Position numbers and translations under genes: made by a program. A model generated the notes under the pieces. That model was not told where the DNA came from and made no database searches. It saw nothing but the letters and a program-made list of their open reading frames with translations. Below are positions 27,273 to 47,640 of a stretch of DNA of 64,000 nt, piece after piece; the first letter of the stretch is position 1; the number at the start of each line of letters is the position of its first letter. Origin of the DNA: the human T2T-CHM13v2.0 reference genome, Homo sapiens. The stretch is from the NCBI RefSeq assembly GCF_009914755.1, contig NC_060926.1, one strand, 5' to 3'.

Positions 27273-28636
27273 GGTTCCTGAGTGGTAATCACAGTAATCC
27301 ATCCACCTTGTGAGTGTGCATGCATGCTTATGTATGTGTATATGGGATTACATAAATATGGCTCACATGTGTATGATCGTATTTGCACACTCCCTTGTCC
27401 ACTTACTTATATATCAAAGTTTCCCTCATAATGTCTGTTCTGTGTCACTATGTACCCTCCCCTGTCCTCCATTCCCCACACCAAGAGTATTATGAGTATT
27501 AAATGCCACGTGGGCAGGTTCCCCAGGCAATGAGGGGGTGGGCCTGTCAAATGCAGGCCATGCAGAATGCCACAGGGCGGGAGACGGGTGAGCCAAGGGA
27601 GCCGAGAGTTCCAGATAACAGAGTGCACAGCAAATGCCATGGCCCGCGTCCAGCAACCAGGAGAAACAGAACTGCTGAGCTCAGAATAGGCCAAGGCCGT
27701 GTCTGCTAGCAGGGAGCAAGGGCACAGCCTGCTGTCTGGCCTCTTCTGCCCCATCCCTCCACTGGGACATGGCCCAGATGAGAAAGAGCTGCCAGACGGC
27801 AAGTCAAGTGTGGGGCGGGAGAGGACAACGTTTTATGCAAGAGTGGATTCTCGGAGCCTCTGCACTCTCCATCAGGGCTGCTGGCATGGAAAACACAGAG
27901 AAACCATCACCTAGGACTTGATTGAACTACTGGACTTCCCAGAAGAGTCCAATTTAAAGCAAAGAGGTCCAGAGAAAAAAGCATTCTAGTGACATTTTTA
28001 TATATTTAAAAACTGGAAAAAAGAAAAAATAATTAGAACACTGAGTTCCCACTGTCTATGAAAAATGGGCCCAGCCCCACTGACAACCAACACGCCTCAC
28101 CTCACACCTTCCCCTCCGCCTTCGTTCTGGCCGTGAGCCCTGAGCCGACCATGCACATCTTACCACCTGGAGAACCTCAAACTCTCCTCTTGCCCACCCC
28201 CACCAAGCCCCACATTCAAAAGGCTTGCCTGAGAGGCCTGCCCACTTCCTTGGCAGTTCTGGCCTCCAGTGCCCTGGCAGGTGAGTGACTTCTCTGTCCT
28301 GTGTAGCATTTGGTACAGGTATGTACTGCATTTATAACACTTACCATACTGGCTTGGGGTTGTGACACATCTTCAAGGGAGTCCCTGGAGAGCAGAAAGC
28401 TTGTCCTATTCATGTTTTGCCCATCTTGTTCCTGAATAATACCTGCACATTGCAAGGGATCAGCAATATTTCCAACCAAACCATAAACTTCTCCATCTCC
28501 CCTTGAAGTCTTCTCGATAACTTTCCCAGAAACTCCCAGAAACAACAATGGCTGTCACTCACTGAGACCCTCCTATGCGTTAGGCCCTAGGCCCTGTGCC
28601 AAGCCTTGGCATTCACGTGTCACTTAAACTTCAGGT

Positions 28637-28788
28637 AGATTGTCAGATTTAGCAAAAACAATAATAAATAATAATTTAGGATATCCAGTTAGATTTGAAT
28701 CTCAGATAAGCAACAAATAATATTTTAGTATAAGTATGTCCCATACAACTTTTATACCAGGCATCCTATATTTTATCTGGAAATCCTG
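28637..28788. mobile_element. MER53-like MITE (right arm partly deleted) nested in a MIR
   Basis: ttgtcagatttagcaaa...ttttagtataagtatgtccca...catcctatattttatctggaaatcct; the MIR core resumes after it. Confidence 0.75.
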
Positions 28789-31700
28789 GCCCCAGGGCAA
28801 CCCTACGTGAGAAACTTGTAGGTCCATTTTACATGTGAAGGAACTGAGGCTCGGAGAGGTTAAACAACTTTCCCACGGTAACACCTGAGATGGAATGGCA
28901 GGCAGCTGACTTCAGAGTCCCCCAACACGGCCTTTGCTTGTCTGGGAGAGGGAGCTCCAGGTGGAACTGGTAAAGGGGGTGAATCCATTGGCTGGGAGAT
29001 GTCATGAGTTTGAGACTATATTGGGAGCACCCGGCACATGGTGGCCATCAAGCAATTTTTAGTCTCTCTCTCCCTTCCTTCCCTTGCGCCAAATTGGAAA
29101 TTCCCTTGAGACCCTCACACGGAGTCCTCTACAAACACATTGAATTTCAGCCCTCATAGGAAAGCAGAAGGAAGAAGGATGATGTTGCAGAAGATCGCTG
29201 CCATTTGATTTATTACAACAGTCTGAGGCCTCAGAGAGCGCAGAGCAAAGAGACCCTGGAATGCAGCCCCAGATCCCTGGAAGAGACTTTACAGGTGTCA
29301 CGTTGGAGAGTGGAGAGTGAGGGGGATGGTCTCAAAGAACAGGAGCAGAGATTATCAGAGACACCACAAACTTGAAAAGTCAGGATGGGTAGGACTTGAG
29401 GAGAAAAAAAAATCTTACCTTTACAATAGCTTCAAGGACCACAAATTTAAGGGCTCTCCAGAGGCTTTAGGACAGAGTCAAGGAAGTGCTTCCTGGTCGA
29501 CCCTTTCAACAAAAACTGTGCCCCTGGTCTCACTGCTGCAGGCAGTGATGGTGGTGTCAACATCTGCTCTTCTCGGGCTCCCTCCACGCCTCTGAAAACA
29601 TGGAAGTGCTTTTACCCATCCAGAAAGAGGGGCAGCTGAAGGAAGGAGGAAAGGGGGTGGTCCAGCGCAGGCGCAGCCTGTTGGGAACCTTCTGCTCTGT
29701 CTGAGCATTTGTGATGGTTGAATGGGCTGGCACGGGCGTCTAAGGCAAGGAACTGCAAGGGAGGCTGCAGCCTGCCCTCGTGACCCAGCACTCGTCAGAT
29801 GGCCGGAGTGGGAATGCGTCAGAGATTTGCCTTTGGACAGAACTGAAAGGATATGAAGCAGGGATGAGAGAAGTTCTTTCCATAAAAATCTGAAAACCAA
29901 AGGGCCAAACTGATCAACTTGCAGAACGGGAAGGACTGACAAAAATCTCAGGAAATCACCAAGGTCACAGGGGAAGATCATGAGGAAAATGTATGTGAGG
30001 CTCCCAGCCCAGCCCTGCCACCACACAGTGTTGGCCCTGACTGCCACTCACCTGGGTGCCCCCTGGACTGCAAGCACCTGGCAGGGGCTGGGCTTTATTC
30101 CTGAAACAGTAGGGGGTCCTATAGCACAGCACCAGGAGAATATATAGCAATGGATGTCCACCCCATCCTGCAAAGTCCTGCTCAAGGGCCAGCCCCCACA
30201 TCCCCAGCTAGAAGCCGCCTCTCCTTCTGCAACGTTCTACTGCGGCTCTCCACCTCTCTTGGGACTGGAAGTGAGAAGCATTTTTCACGGTGGTTCACAA
30301 GGTCTCAGTGCAGATGGAAAACAGAGAGTAGGTGAGTTGGAGAGGGTGGCACAGACTGAACCCCAGACAAGAAGGCTGCCTGGGGACTCAGCCCTGGTCT
30401 GTTAGCAGTTACGGGTACCCAGAGCAGGAAAGCAATGCAGAAGGGTCACTTTACCCCAGGCCCCACCTGGAGCCCAGCTGGGGCTGTCCACCTGCTTCTT
30501 CATTTGTCTTTCCTCCCAGATCCACATCCTCGCCTCACATCAGGAAGGCCCAGTGCTCACTTTTACCCACCATCCGCCTCCTCCCAGTTGGGCGAGTAGC
30601 CCTGGCTGCTGCACAGGGTGCCTCCCGTATGCCAGGCACTCTGCTGGCTGCAGGGCAGCTTAACCTGCAGGGCGGTCAGGACAGACAGAATCTTTGCTTT
30701 TTCTTTTCATCTGATCAGGGACTTCTGTCTGATCAGAATTAGGTGTCTGGGCTGTCCCAGGCAATGCACGACAGTCACTGGGCTCTCCTCTCGAAGATTA
30801 ACCCTTTCCAGATGGCCACAATGGTGGCGGCAGCCAAGCGCCCACCTCCACATAAGTCTTCCCTCTTCTGTCCAAGCCAAATCCACTCACAGGAAAGGAT
30901 CTGGAACTACATGGAGCTAAGGAGTAATAACTAGAGACAGTTCACTAGGATCTCGTGTGGAGCAGGAAATCAAAGTTGGGGACTGCATCACACTGCTGCA
31001 ATCCCTATTAAACATTTGTTGTTCAAAGTTCTTTCTCAATGGCCTGCTGGAATTTTTTTTCATTCTTCCTCTTTGGCCTGTCTTCCAGCAGTAGCACCAG
31101 CCTCCCCAGCTTCTCCCGTCTCCTCCTGGACTTCCTCATAGCTGTAGGCTTCCATGTTCTCAACTCTATTATTCAGAGGAGTTCAGCTCAGTCACGTCTG
31201 CGCCAGAGCTTTGATGACCCACCTGTCAGCCACACTAAGGGCCCTGCCATGAATAAGGCCTCCGTCACTGAGGATCCTGTACCCCTCTGCCATAAACTCA
31301 GTGACCTGACTGCCAGCCACCAGGCAGAACCTACTAGACTTCTCTAAAATAGATACCGTGGCCTCCTTCCTCAATCATAGTCAAGGTCTAAGCTTCCTTA
31401 TCAAAGGCAGGCAGTCCTGGGTTTTACGGCAAGAAGTGTGCTTCCTATGTGCAAGGTGCTGTGGGGAAGGGCTGAGTGTGGAGGCCATGTGTGCAGGTCT
31501 TTAGGATTTTAGCTGAGCTGCCTTTTCTTGCAGTTTAAGAAAAAAACAGCCAGCCGTTCCCTCCTTGTAATAAATGCCTCTGCATATTTGAAGACAGTAG
31601 TTAGGTCATTCTTGAGCTTTCTCATCTTCAAACTAAACAACAGTGGCCCCTGTAACCTTTCCTTGGCAAATTGTAAGGCCCATATGCAGAGGAAAAGCAA

Positions 31701-32335
31701 AACAAAACCATCTGATGGGGAAGGCCTCCTATCTCTAACCAAGTGTCTGTTTTGAAATGCGGTCTGCACTCAGTCTTTAATTACATGTAAATTCAGTAGC
31801 TTCAAGTGTCTGAGCCAGTGGGAGACCAGGTGCTGCTCATCAGGCCCCTTGGATATGTTCATGCTGCAAGGCTGGGTGATAGCACTTGGCAGACGCTAGG
31901 ATTTCTTCTCTTCAGATTCATTTTGGGGCAGGAAAAGGGGCTTCCGTGAGTGACCCAGGAGCAGTCAGCTGACACTTCCTCCCCAGGTTCCCTGAGGGTA
32001 GGATGGGCCCCAAGAGCCTCCAGAGAGCCTGTGGCCTGCTGGAAAGGCTGCCCTCTGCCTCCACAGAAGCCAGCAAGAGTGGCTTCCAGATGTCCCTGGT
32101 GGAGGCTGGCAGCCTCATCCTGCAGCCAGCGTCTCCCAGGGGAGGCTTCCTGCTGCTGCTAACTCAGAGACAGGGGATCTGCTAAGCGCCTGCCCTCGGT
32201 GGGGGTGTTCTGATCACATCAACTTCTTTCCCATGGTTCTTTCCAGGCTCCTTTCCCACATTTGCAGTGTGTTATCTTGGGAGACCCCATGTGTTAGTCT
32301 GTTTGTGTTGCTGGGAATACCTGAATCTGGGTAAT

Positions 32336-32337
<2 letters not shown>

Positions 32338-32379
<42 letters not shown>

Positions 32380-32527
32380 CGGAGTCTCGCTCTGTCACCC
32401 AGGCTGGAGTGCAGTGGTGCCATCTTGGCTCACTGCAAGCGCCAACTCCCGGGTTCACACCATTCTCCTGCCTCAGCCTCCTGAGTAGCTGGGACTACAG
32501 GTGCCCGCCACTACGCCAGGCTAATTT
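32338..32527 (-). mobile_element. AluY-like right arm with a long polyT
   Basis: ctgcaagc...gggttcacaccattctcc; imperfect TSD tga(a/g)tctg(g/t)gtaattctt. Confidence 0.92.
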
Positions 32528-32599
32528 GAGTCTGTGTAATTCTTAAAGAAAAGAGGTTTATTTGGCTCATAGTTCTGTAGGCTATAGAAGAAGCATGGT

Positions 32600-32912
32600 G
32601 CTGGGCACAGTGGCTCATGCTTGTAATCCCAGCACTTTGGGAAGCTAAGGTGGGTGGATAACGAGGCCAGTAGTTCAAGACCAACCTGGCCAAGATGACG
32701 AAACGCCATCTCTACTAAAAATACAAAAAATTAGCTGGGCTTGGCGGCAGGCACCTGTAATCCCAGCTACTCGGGAGGCTGAGGCAGAGAATTGCTTGAA
32801 CCCAGAAGGTGGAGCTTGCAGTGAGCCAGGATCGTGCCACTGCACCCAGCCTGGGCAACAGAGCGAGACTCCATAAAAAAAAAAAAAAAAAAAAAAAGAA
32901 GAAGAAGAAGAA
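32600..32912 (+). mobile_element. AluS/Y, full length
   Basis: Dimeric Alu with an A/AAG tail; TSD agaagaagcatgg. Confidence 0.94.
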
Positions 32913-33578
32913 GCATGGCCACCGGCATCTGCTTCTGGTAAGGACTCAGGAAGATTTCACTCATGACCAGTCATGGTCAAAGGGGAGCAGGCATGTTACA
33001 TGTGAGAGAGAGAGCAACAGAGAGAAGGATGGAGGTGCCAGATTAAAAAAATCCAATCTTGCAGAAATAAGTAGAGCAAGACTCCGTACCGTGGGGACGG
33101 CACCAGGCCCCTCATGAGGGATCCTCCTCCATGACCCAAACACCTCCCACTAGGGCCCACCTCCAGGACCCACTGGAGATCCCATTTCAATATGAGATTT
33201 GGGGTGAATGAACATCCAAACTGTATCATCCAAGGTCAGTGCGTTTCTCTGTCCTCCAGTTTTGCCTGCCATGAGCAGCTTTCCTGTGAGCCAGCTGTCC
33301 TTTTCGTCTCCAGGGTCATTTTCTTCCTTCAGTGCCCAGTGTTTGGACTTTAGGCTGACCTTCAGGATTGTGGAGTCACAGAACAAGCTCATATAAGTGT
33401 GTAAGCAGGCAGCAAATTTTTTAAAATAAAGAAAAAGTTATTTAGACTGTGCCAGTCAGTCTGTGTGCCATCCTAGCTACAACCCAGGGTGGATGCTGAG
33501 TGGAGGGTAGAGGAGTGCATCCCTCACTCTTATCTGTGCTTGTCCTTCTTGCATACTGCTGAGGCCAGGAGCACCTAG

Positions 33579-33923
<345 letters not shown>

Positions 33924-34699
33924 TGGACTCACCTTTGAGGAGACACGGTTTTGGCCAAAATAGCTGTTAAGTACAAGTGTTCAACTGGTGCCCAACCAAA
34001 GGGAAAGCAATCTTTTCCAACAGTGAAGAAGAAATTGGTTGTGTCTGCTTTTCAACAGCAAGGGGGTGAGTCTCAAATATGGTGCCTCCATTAAGGTGTT
34101 CAATAATTTCAACTACATGAAAAATGTGCCTTGGGAATGACTTCAGAACTTAACCCTCCAGGGAGAAATGCCTCTACTGTATGGCCCCTGGCCTGGTCTC
34201 AGATTGGATCATAAGCTCCCTCATTCTTGTATCCCCATGCCCAAAACTGTGCCTGGCACTTAAGGGCCCATAATACATATTTTTGGCTTTGTTGAATAGT
34301 TTAACTCATTAGTGATGCAAAGTCCCAACTGCATATTTAGAGATATTTATGTGTGCACTACATTATGGATCGTATGGGTGAGAAGTAGGAACTCAAAGAG
34401 AATAAATCATACTTTCCCTCCCCAAAATGTTTATAAAGCCACCAAGAAGACAGGACATAGACACATCAAATATAAATAAAATACAAAAGGATGCACCCTG
34501 ACATGCCAAATATGTGTTCACAGAAACAAAGTTCCTCTTGCCAAATTCCTGTTGTCTAAAGCAGTTTTTCCTAAAACATATTCTTCAGAATACCAGTTTC
34601 TCAGAGTGCCAATGTGAGGAAAAGCTTTGGTGGTCAGATGAGTGCAGGGCTGGGTTAGGCTGATTTCTTTACCAGAGGGCTTCCTGAAGACTTAAAGAA

Positions 34700-35420
34700 A
34701 TCTGTATTGAGATATAATTTGTATAGCATAAAGTTCACCCACTTTAAGTAAACAACTCATTGGCTTTTAGTATAGAGTTGTGTATCCATCACCACAATGT
34801 CACTGCAGAATGTTTCCATCACCACCCAAAACACCTCATGCTGTTTGCAGCCATTTCCCATCCACTTCCTTCCTAGCCCCTGACAACCACTAATTTACCT
34901 TCTGCCTCTATAGATTTGCCTATTCTGGACATTTCATACAGATGGACTCATTTACTGTGTGATCTTTTGCGACCAGCTTCTTTCATTTAACTTAATGTTT
35001 TCAAGGTTCATCCACATTGTTGCATGTATGCACTGATGGACATTTGGGTTGTTTCCACTTTTTGGCTATCATAAATAACGTCATTATAAACATTCATGAG
35101 CAAGTTGTATTTGACCATATGTTTTCAGTTCTCTTGGGTCTATACAGAGGAGTGGAATTGCTGGGTCATATGGTAATTCTACATTGAGCTTTTAGAGGAA
35201 CTCCCAGACTCTTTTCCAAAGCAGGTGCACTATTTTGCATTCCCACCAGCAGTGTACACGAGTTCCAGTTTCCCTACATTCTCACCAACACTTATTATTG
35301 TCTGTCCTTTTTTATTATAGCCATCCCAGTGGGTATGAAGTAGGTATGAAGTAGTACCTAATTGTGATTGTGATTTTGATTTTTGTTTCCCTAATGACTA
35401 GTTGTTTTCAGCATTTTTCA
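34700..35420 (-). mobile_element. L1MB-like 3' end
   Basis: ggacatttgggttgtttccactttttggctat...ggaattgctgggtcatatggtaattcta motifs. Confidence 0.85.
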
Positions 35421-35699
35421 TGGGTTCAGGGCCTTTGATATGTTGATTTTTTCACAAATCTTCAAAAGGGGACACAGTCGGCAGCAGTTCCTAAATGCGT
35501 TGGACCATGGAGCCAAACTTGCAAAAGCAGCTCCTGGAATGCAAGCGCGTACCCAAAAGCTGGGAAACATTGGCTGGAAACCAGCCTGTGCTGGAAATGT
35601 GAGTTTGGTGAATGTCCTTAGGTCATTACTTCTGCAAATTTTGCTCAAAGAAAGGGAATCTGAACTCTCCACTTTTGTACATTAAGATAATAATAATAA

Positions 35700-36040
35700 T
35701 AATAATTTTATCCCAAGATATGGCACCCTGGCATGATGAATATTTTGAATTAAAGGCCCTTGGAGACAAGCAGATGCTGGAAAAGGCTTTTGGTTATCTG
35801 TATAAAGATTGGACCCACCAAGGACAGCAATTGCTTTCCATCTGTTCCCTGAAATCTCGTACCTGGATGGACCTTTTCACAAGATAATGTCTGTTTCTCA
35901 GGCTCATTAAAATTCAAAAGAGAATAATTAACAGGTTAGTTTCTGTCCCCCCTCCCCCACCATCTATTCATTCTCACTAATACTCATTTGTTGCCCCTAA
36001 CAAGAATTACCTACATTCCCCACCTCCTCTCTTTCCTATG
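35700..36040 (+). mobile_element. ERV1 MER4-group LTR fragment (MER34/MER39-like)
   Basis: cccaagatatggcaccctggcatgatgaatattttgaattaaaggc; subfamily uncertain. Confidence 0.5.
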
Positions 36041-36599
36041 AGGCCTTGCTGAAGGTCACCACTGTGCCTTTACACTCACCCCCCTTCCTTTCCCTACTGC
36101 TTACCTGCCCCACAAGCCAGTCATGGCCTCTCCTCTGAGCCCTGTGAGAATTCTTAGAGGTTTTATCCTCAGTATAATTCAAATGTGTTCCCTTCTCCAA
36201 TACCCAAAAACATGGTATGGGATTATTTTTTCAGTAAGGAGACAAATAGAAAGGAGGCCATTCAGGTCTTCTATATTTTAAGACCACAATCTTGACTGAA
36301 CCTATAGGTGACCCAGTGTGCATAAGCTGCTATTTCCTGTCCTCCTAGTCATCTTTGTGTAGAATCAAAGACACCCACCTCCTTGGTACCTCTCATTTGT
36401 CACTTTTCAACACTTCCTGGCAGGCAGGCAGCATAACTGGTCCTGCTGGGTGATCCAGACCACACTCTGCAACTCTTTCTTCTGAGCCAGGCTCCCCTAC
36501 TGTCTTTTCATTTATGTCAAGGCAGGGGAAGACCTCAAAGGGCTCTTGCATCCCAGTCCCACTTCCCAGAGAGGCACGAGGCCCTCCAGGATGTGGGGA

Positions 36600-37273
36600 C
36601 AGGAACTTTGGGGCAAGCCGGGGTTGTCCAGAAGATCACCAGGAGGGCTAAATAGTAGAAAGGAGAGTCTTATTGGTGATATGTTTGCAAACTGGGAAAA
36701 GATAGCCTCCAGTGTGGAGCAAAGATGCTCCCTCTTCAAAGAGGGCAAGGGCAGCTTGGATTTTGTGCCTTACAGGGTCGGTATTATATAATAGAGTCAT
36801 GCATATTCAGTAGGTTTGGGGGGAAAGCTATATATATTTATGAGGGGAGCCAACTACATGGGCAATGGATAAACATACATGTAACACATCCCATGTTCAC
36901 TTAGGGGCAGGATTTTAGCATTAAAATGAGGTGGAATTTGGCTCTTTACATCAAAAGGTGAGCTATCAGACACAAAGGCAGTTTGTGCACAAGCTCTCCA
37001 AAGGGACTTGAGGGCTACAGCTGCTCATCTGGAAAGAATCCTTGTAAGACCAGTCCTCTGTCCAACCAGAGTTAGGAGGCGTCTGACAATTTGCCTGATT
37101 AGCTCTACTGTTGGGAGTTTAACAAGGGTGTGGTTTTTCTTGTAACCATAGGAATTTAGGGAGTTGCCACGCCAGCCAAGCCCTAAACCCTGGGCTTATA
37201 GGTAACTTTTTCCCTAACCTTAAGATCTGTCTTAGTTGGTAAAGGGGTGTCTATTTTGGTCTCTCAGATCACA
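36600..37273 (-). mobile_element. ERV1 LTR (MER67-like)
   Basis: Ends ctattttggtctctcagatcaca (TGTGATCTGAGAGACCAAAATAG on the minus strand); left boundary approximate. Confidence 0.6.
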
Positions 37274-37329
37274 CTAGAAACCTCTCAAGTCCTGTATTCT
37301 TATTATAAAGCTGATTATAAAGCTTTACA

Positions 37330-38840
37330 ATTTACTTTGTGATTACTGTAGCTTATCGTAAAGCAACTGTAATCAGTAGGATTGGTGTCAAGATGGGTAC
37401 ACAGATGGGTAGAAAAGAATTGAGAATCCAGAAATAGACTCATATTTACATGGTCAATTTATTTTTGACAAAGGCACCAAAGAAATTTAGCATAGAAAGT
37501 ATAATCTTCATCAAATGATGCTGGAAAAATTGAGTAACTATATGCAAAAAAGAAAGAAAAGAAAGAAAAAAGTGAAAACCTCCACCTCCGTCATTACTTC
37601 ATACCATATAAAAAATTAACTCAGAATAGATCATAGACATAAATGTAATAGCTAAAACTATAAAACTCCTAAAAGAAAACAGGAGAAAATAGAGAAAACC
37701 TTGGTGATCTTGGTTTTGGCAGTGATCTGTTAAATTCAATAGATAAAACACAAATTAGAAATAAGGTATTGACTGAACCTCATAAAAATAAAACATAAAC
37801 TTTTGTTCTTCAAAAGACATTTAGGAAAATGAAAAGGAAAGCCCCAGACTGAGGTAAAATATTTGCAAAACATATATATAATAAAGGTTTTGTATCCAGA
37901 ATGTATAAAGAAGTTAAGAAGAAAAGCAACATACTTTTTTTTTAGTTGACAAAAGATCTGAAAAAGACATCTCACCAAGTCGTTTGTAGGACTGGCAAAT
38001 AAGTAAACAAGAAGAGGCCCAACACCTTTAGTCATTAGAGAAATGAAAACTACAACCACAGTGAGATAATAACACCCACTAGAATGGATGAAATTGAAAA
38101 GTCTGACCATATCAAGTGTTTGCAAGGATGTGGAACCAACAGGAACTCCATTCACAGCTAGTGGGAATGGAAAATGGTTTGACCATGCTGAAGAGCATTT
38201 TGTTGTTTTTTTAAAAGTTAAAAATATATCTACCATATGACTCAGTCATTCCACACTTGGTTATTTACACCCCACAAAAAATGAAAGCATATATTCACAC
38301 AAAGGCTTTTAAACAAGTGTTCATAATAGCTTTATTTGTAATTGCCAAAAACCGAAAATCACCCAGTTGTACCCCAGCAGGTGAATGGATAAACCAATTG
38401 TGACGTAGTCATATAATGGAATGCTAACCAATAATTTAAAAAAGGAACAATTGATACCTATAACAGCATTATTGAATCCAATAGAATGATGCTGAATAAA
38501 AGAACATGGACAAAGAAAGAGCACATACTATATGATTTTAGTTACATAAAATTCTAGGAAGTGTACTAATCTATAGTAACAGCAAGCAGATCAGTATTTG
38601 CCTATTGGGGGAAGGAGTCGGACAGCAGCAGGGGAAGGGTTAAAGTCACATTTTAGTTTTAAAATATTCAGCATGTATTTTGGGCTACAAAATAGCACAA
38701 GGAAACTCTTGGGTGTGATGGACATGTTCATTATTTAATTGTTATGATAGTTTCAGAGACATAAACATAAAAAACTTCTCAAATACACACTTCCATTATG
38801 TACAATTTATTATGTGGCCATTATACTTCAATAAAACTGT
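37330..38840 (+). mobile_element. Old L1M 3' portion (ORF2 end and 3'UTR)
   Basis: tttttgacaaaggcaccaa...cacccactagaatggatgaaat...ttatacttcaataaa. Confidence 0.85.
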
Positions 38841-39929
38841 CACGGAAGAACGACCCTTATCTTCTGGAGGTACATGCTGAATGTCTTACAAATAAAATTA
38901 TCTAAGAACTGAAATTGGCTTCAAGGTAAAGCAGGAATGGGGTGAGAAGTGTGTGTGACGTGGACACAAGGGTGATATAGAAGATTGGCATCAAGTGACA
39001 GAAGTAGACGGTAGATTCATTTTTATATATGTTTGAAATACTACATTACAAAATGCCAGTAGAAAATCTGAGTCTAACCCTAAGAATGCAGTACATCCTG
39101 CTGCCATGTTTCTTTCTTTAGAGCTGAGGAGAGGCCTCTTTACTTTGGTCGGAAACCTCATTAGGTTTGATTTAGTTCAATAAAAATGTGTATAGGTGAA
39201 ATAGTCCATACGAATTCATTACAATTGATGTGAAACAAAATTAATTAATAATTAATCCATGCAAGTCTTTTGGTAGCCTGCATTTTATCAAAGAAGGGAC
39301 CCATGGCAAAGGCTGGGAAGGGACCTTTAACAGGGGAGCATGAGTTCCACGGCAGAGTTGCCCTCAAGTAATGCTTTGTAGATTGGTACAGCACATGTGC
39401 ATCAAAGTAGTGAAAGGATTATGAAATGTGAATAAGGAGTTAGAAGGTGGACCTTGAAGTCCTCCTGGGTACCCATTTCCCCAAGAGTGAGCATCATTAT
39501 TCTTCATTCCCATACTTCTACAGGATCAATGTTGCAGCCACAGTAGGTGGAAAATTCCAACTCTGCTAACAGTTGGGAGCGTGTCCCTCTAATGAGAGGA
39601 CCTGTTCATGCAATTTTCTTGATGTCTGGTGAACGCTCCCACATTATATCTTCAAAAGACTTTACTACCTGAGAGGGTTTCATGCTAACTGCTGAGTAAA
39701 ACCACCCAGTGCTGAGCACGCAGAGAAGGGAGTGGGGATACAGGTCCACCACAGCCCAGGCTTTGGAGTCTGCCAAAGCAGTCAGACAACGGTGGTCAGA
39801 AAAGGTGTATGAGTCACTCGACTGACTACTTAAATCCAAAGGAATTTGTTTACATGGACCAATCGTTTTAGTAAGATGGTTTGTTATGTGCCTTTATAAT
39901 TTAACATATTAATTTTATTTAGACAATAT

Positions 39930-44366
<4,437 letters not shown>

Positions 44367-44969
44367 TTTTGTCTCTAAAACAGGTAACAATTTGAATGAA
44401 GAAAACAAAAATTTAATGAATGGCATAAAAATAAATTTCAAGAAAATGAAAGGTGTGTATGATGACTTAATTAAAAGAATGTAAAGGAAAAAAAAAAAAA
44501 AAGATTTTCCAGAGTAGCTACTTGTCTCTGCCATAGAATTGTTAGATAGTTTACTGTAGGTGGACTGTAAATAAATGTTTGCTTAGTTCTAACATTTGAC
44601 TGATATTGGGTTGATCCTTTGAGACTTGGTATATTGTGGATATGCCTAAAGTTTCTTTTTCTACCAAAGATGTGTTGTAATCTATGTCATTACAGAAGTA
44701 GGAGAGGGAAGGAAACTACCATTAAAATCAGTACTTAGGAGCCCAGGCACTGTTCTAGATGTTTGCATATATTAATATGATTTCATTTCATCTTTACAGT
44801 AACCTAGAAGAAAGATATTTAAATAATGACTTTCCAGATCAAAAAATGAGTTTTGATGGCTTTTCTCAGTTTTCATAATTGGCAGAACTGATTTCTGAAT
44901 CCTTTAAGTTGATCAGTTGACAGGAATGCATTTATGATTTTTATCTTTTCTTTTGGGGTTACTTTTCAG

Positions 44970-45039
44970 TTTGACTTTGAAGGATCACTTTCCCCTGTCA
45001 TTGCGCCCAAAAAAGCCTTCCGAGACTGGATCTGATGAT
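44970..45039 (+). pseudogene. ANAPC1: ANAPC1-like exon A (~exon 18), 70 nt, inferred 5-nt deletion
   Basis: ttttcAG|TTTGACTTTGAA...TCTGATGAT|GTaagc. FDFEGSLSPVIAPKK and PSETGSDD lie in different frames; the recalled parental peptide (KKARPSETGSDD) needs 75 nt. Confidence 0.9.
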
Positions 45040-45302
45040 GTAAGCATTATTATTTCTTGCTAATATAAATTAATTTATGGATATTCATACTATTCTTCCA
45101 CTTCTGTGGTATTCCTATCAATTCCTCTATCTTTCCAACACCTTTCACTTTATTTATTTTAATACTGAATAGCAATTATTTTGAAGAGTAGGATCTGTTA
45201 CATTTTCTATGGTCTTTAATGATTATCCAAAAATTAATGTATGTATTACTGCATGATTTCAGTTTGGGTTTGTAGACATTTTATTATCAACTGATCACCT
45301 GA

Positions 45303-47640
<2,338 letters not shown>

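Larger units (their letters stand above)
32290..33228 (-). mobile_element. MST (MaLR) solo LTR interrupted by two Alus
   Basis: aaagaaaagaggtttatttggctcatagttctg...aaacacctcccactagggcccacctcca...aacatccaaactgtatca. Confidence 0.88.

Noticed and set aside
29478-30047. 189-aa minus-strand ORF, the longest non-repeat ORF in the left domain
   Set aside because: Non-ATG start, no recognisable domain and no supporting exon chain; compatible with chance in GC-rich DNA.
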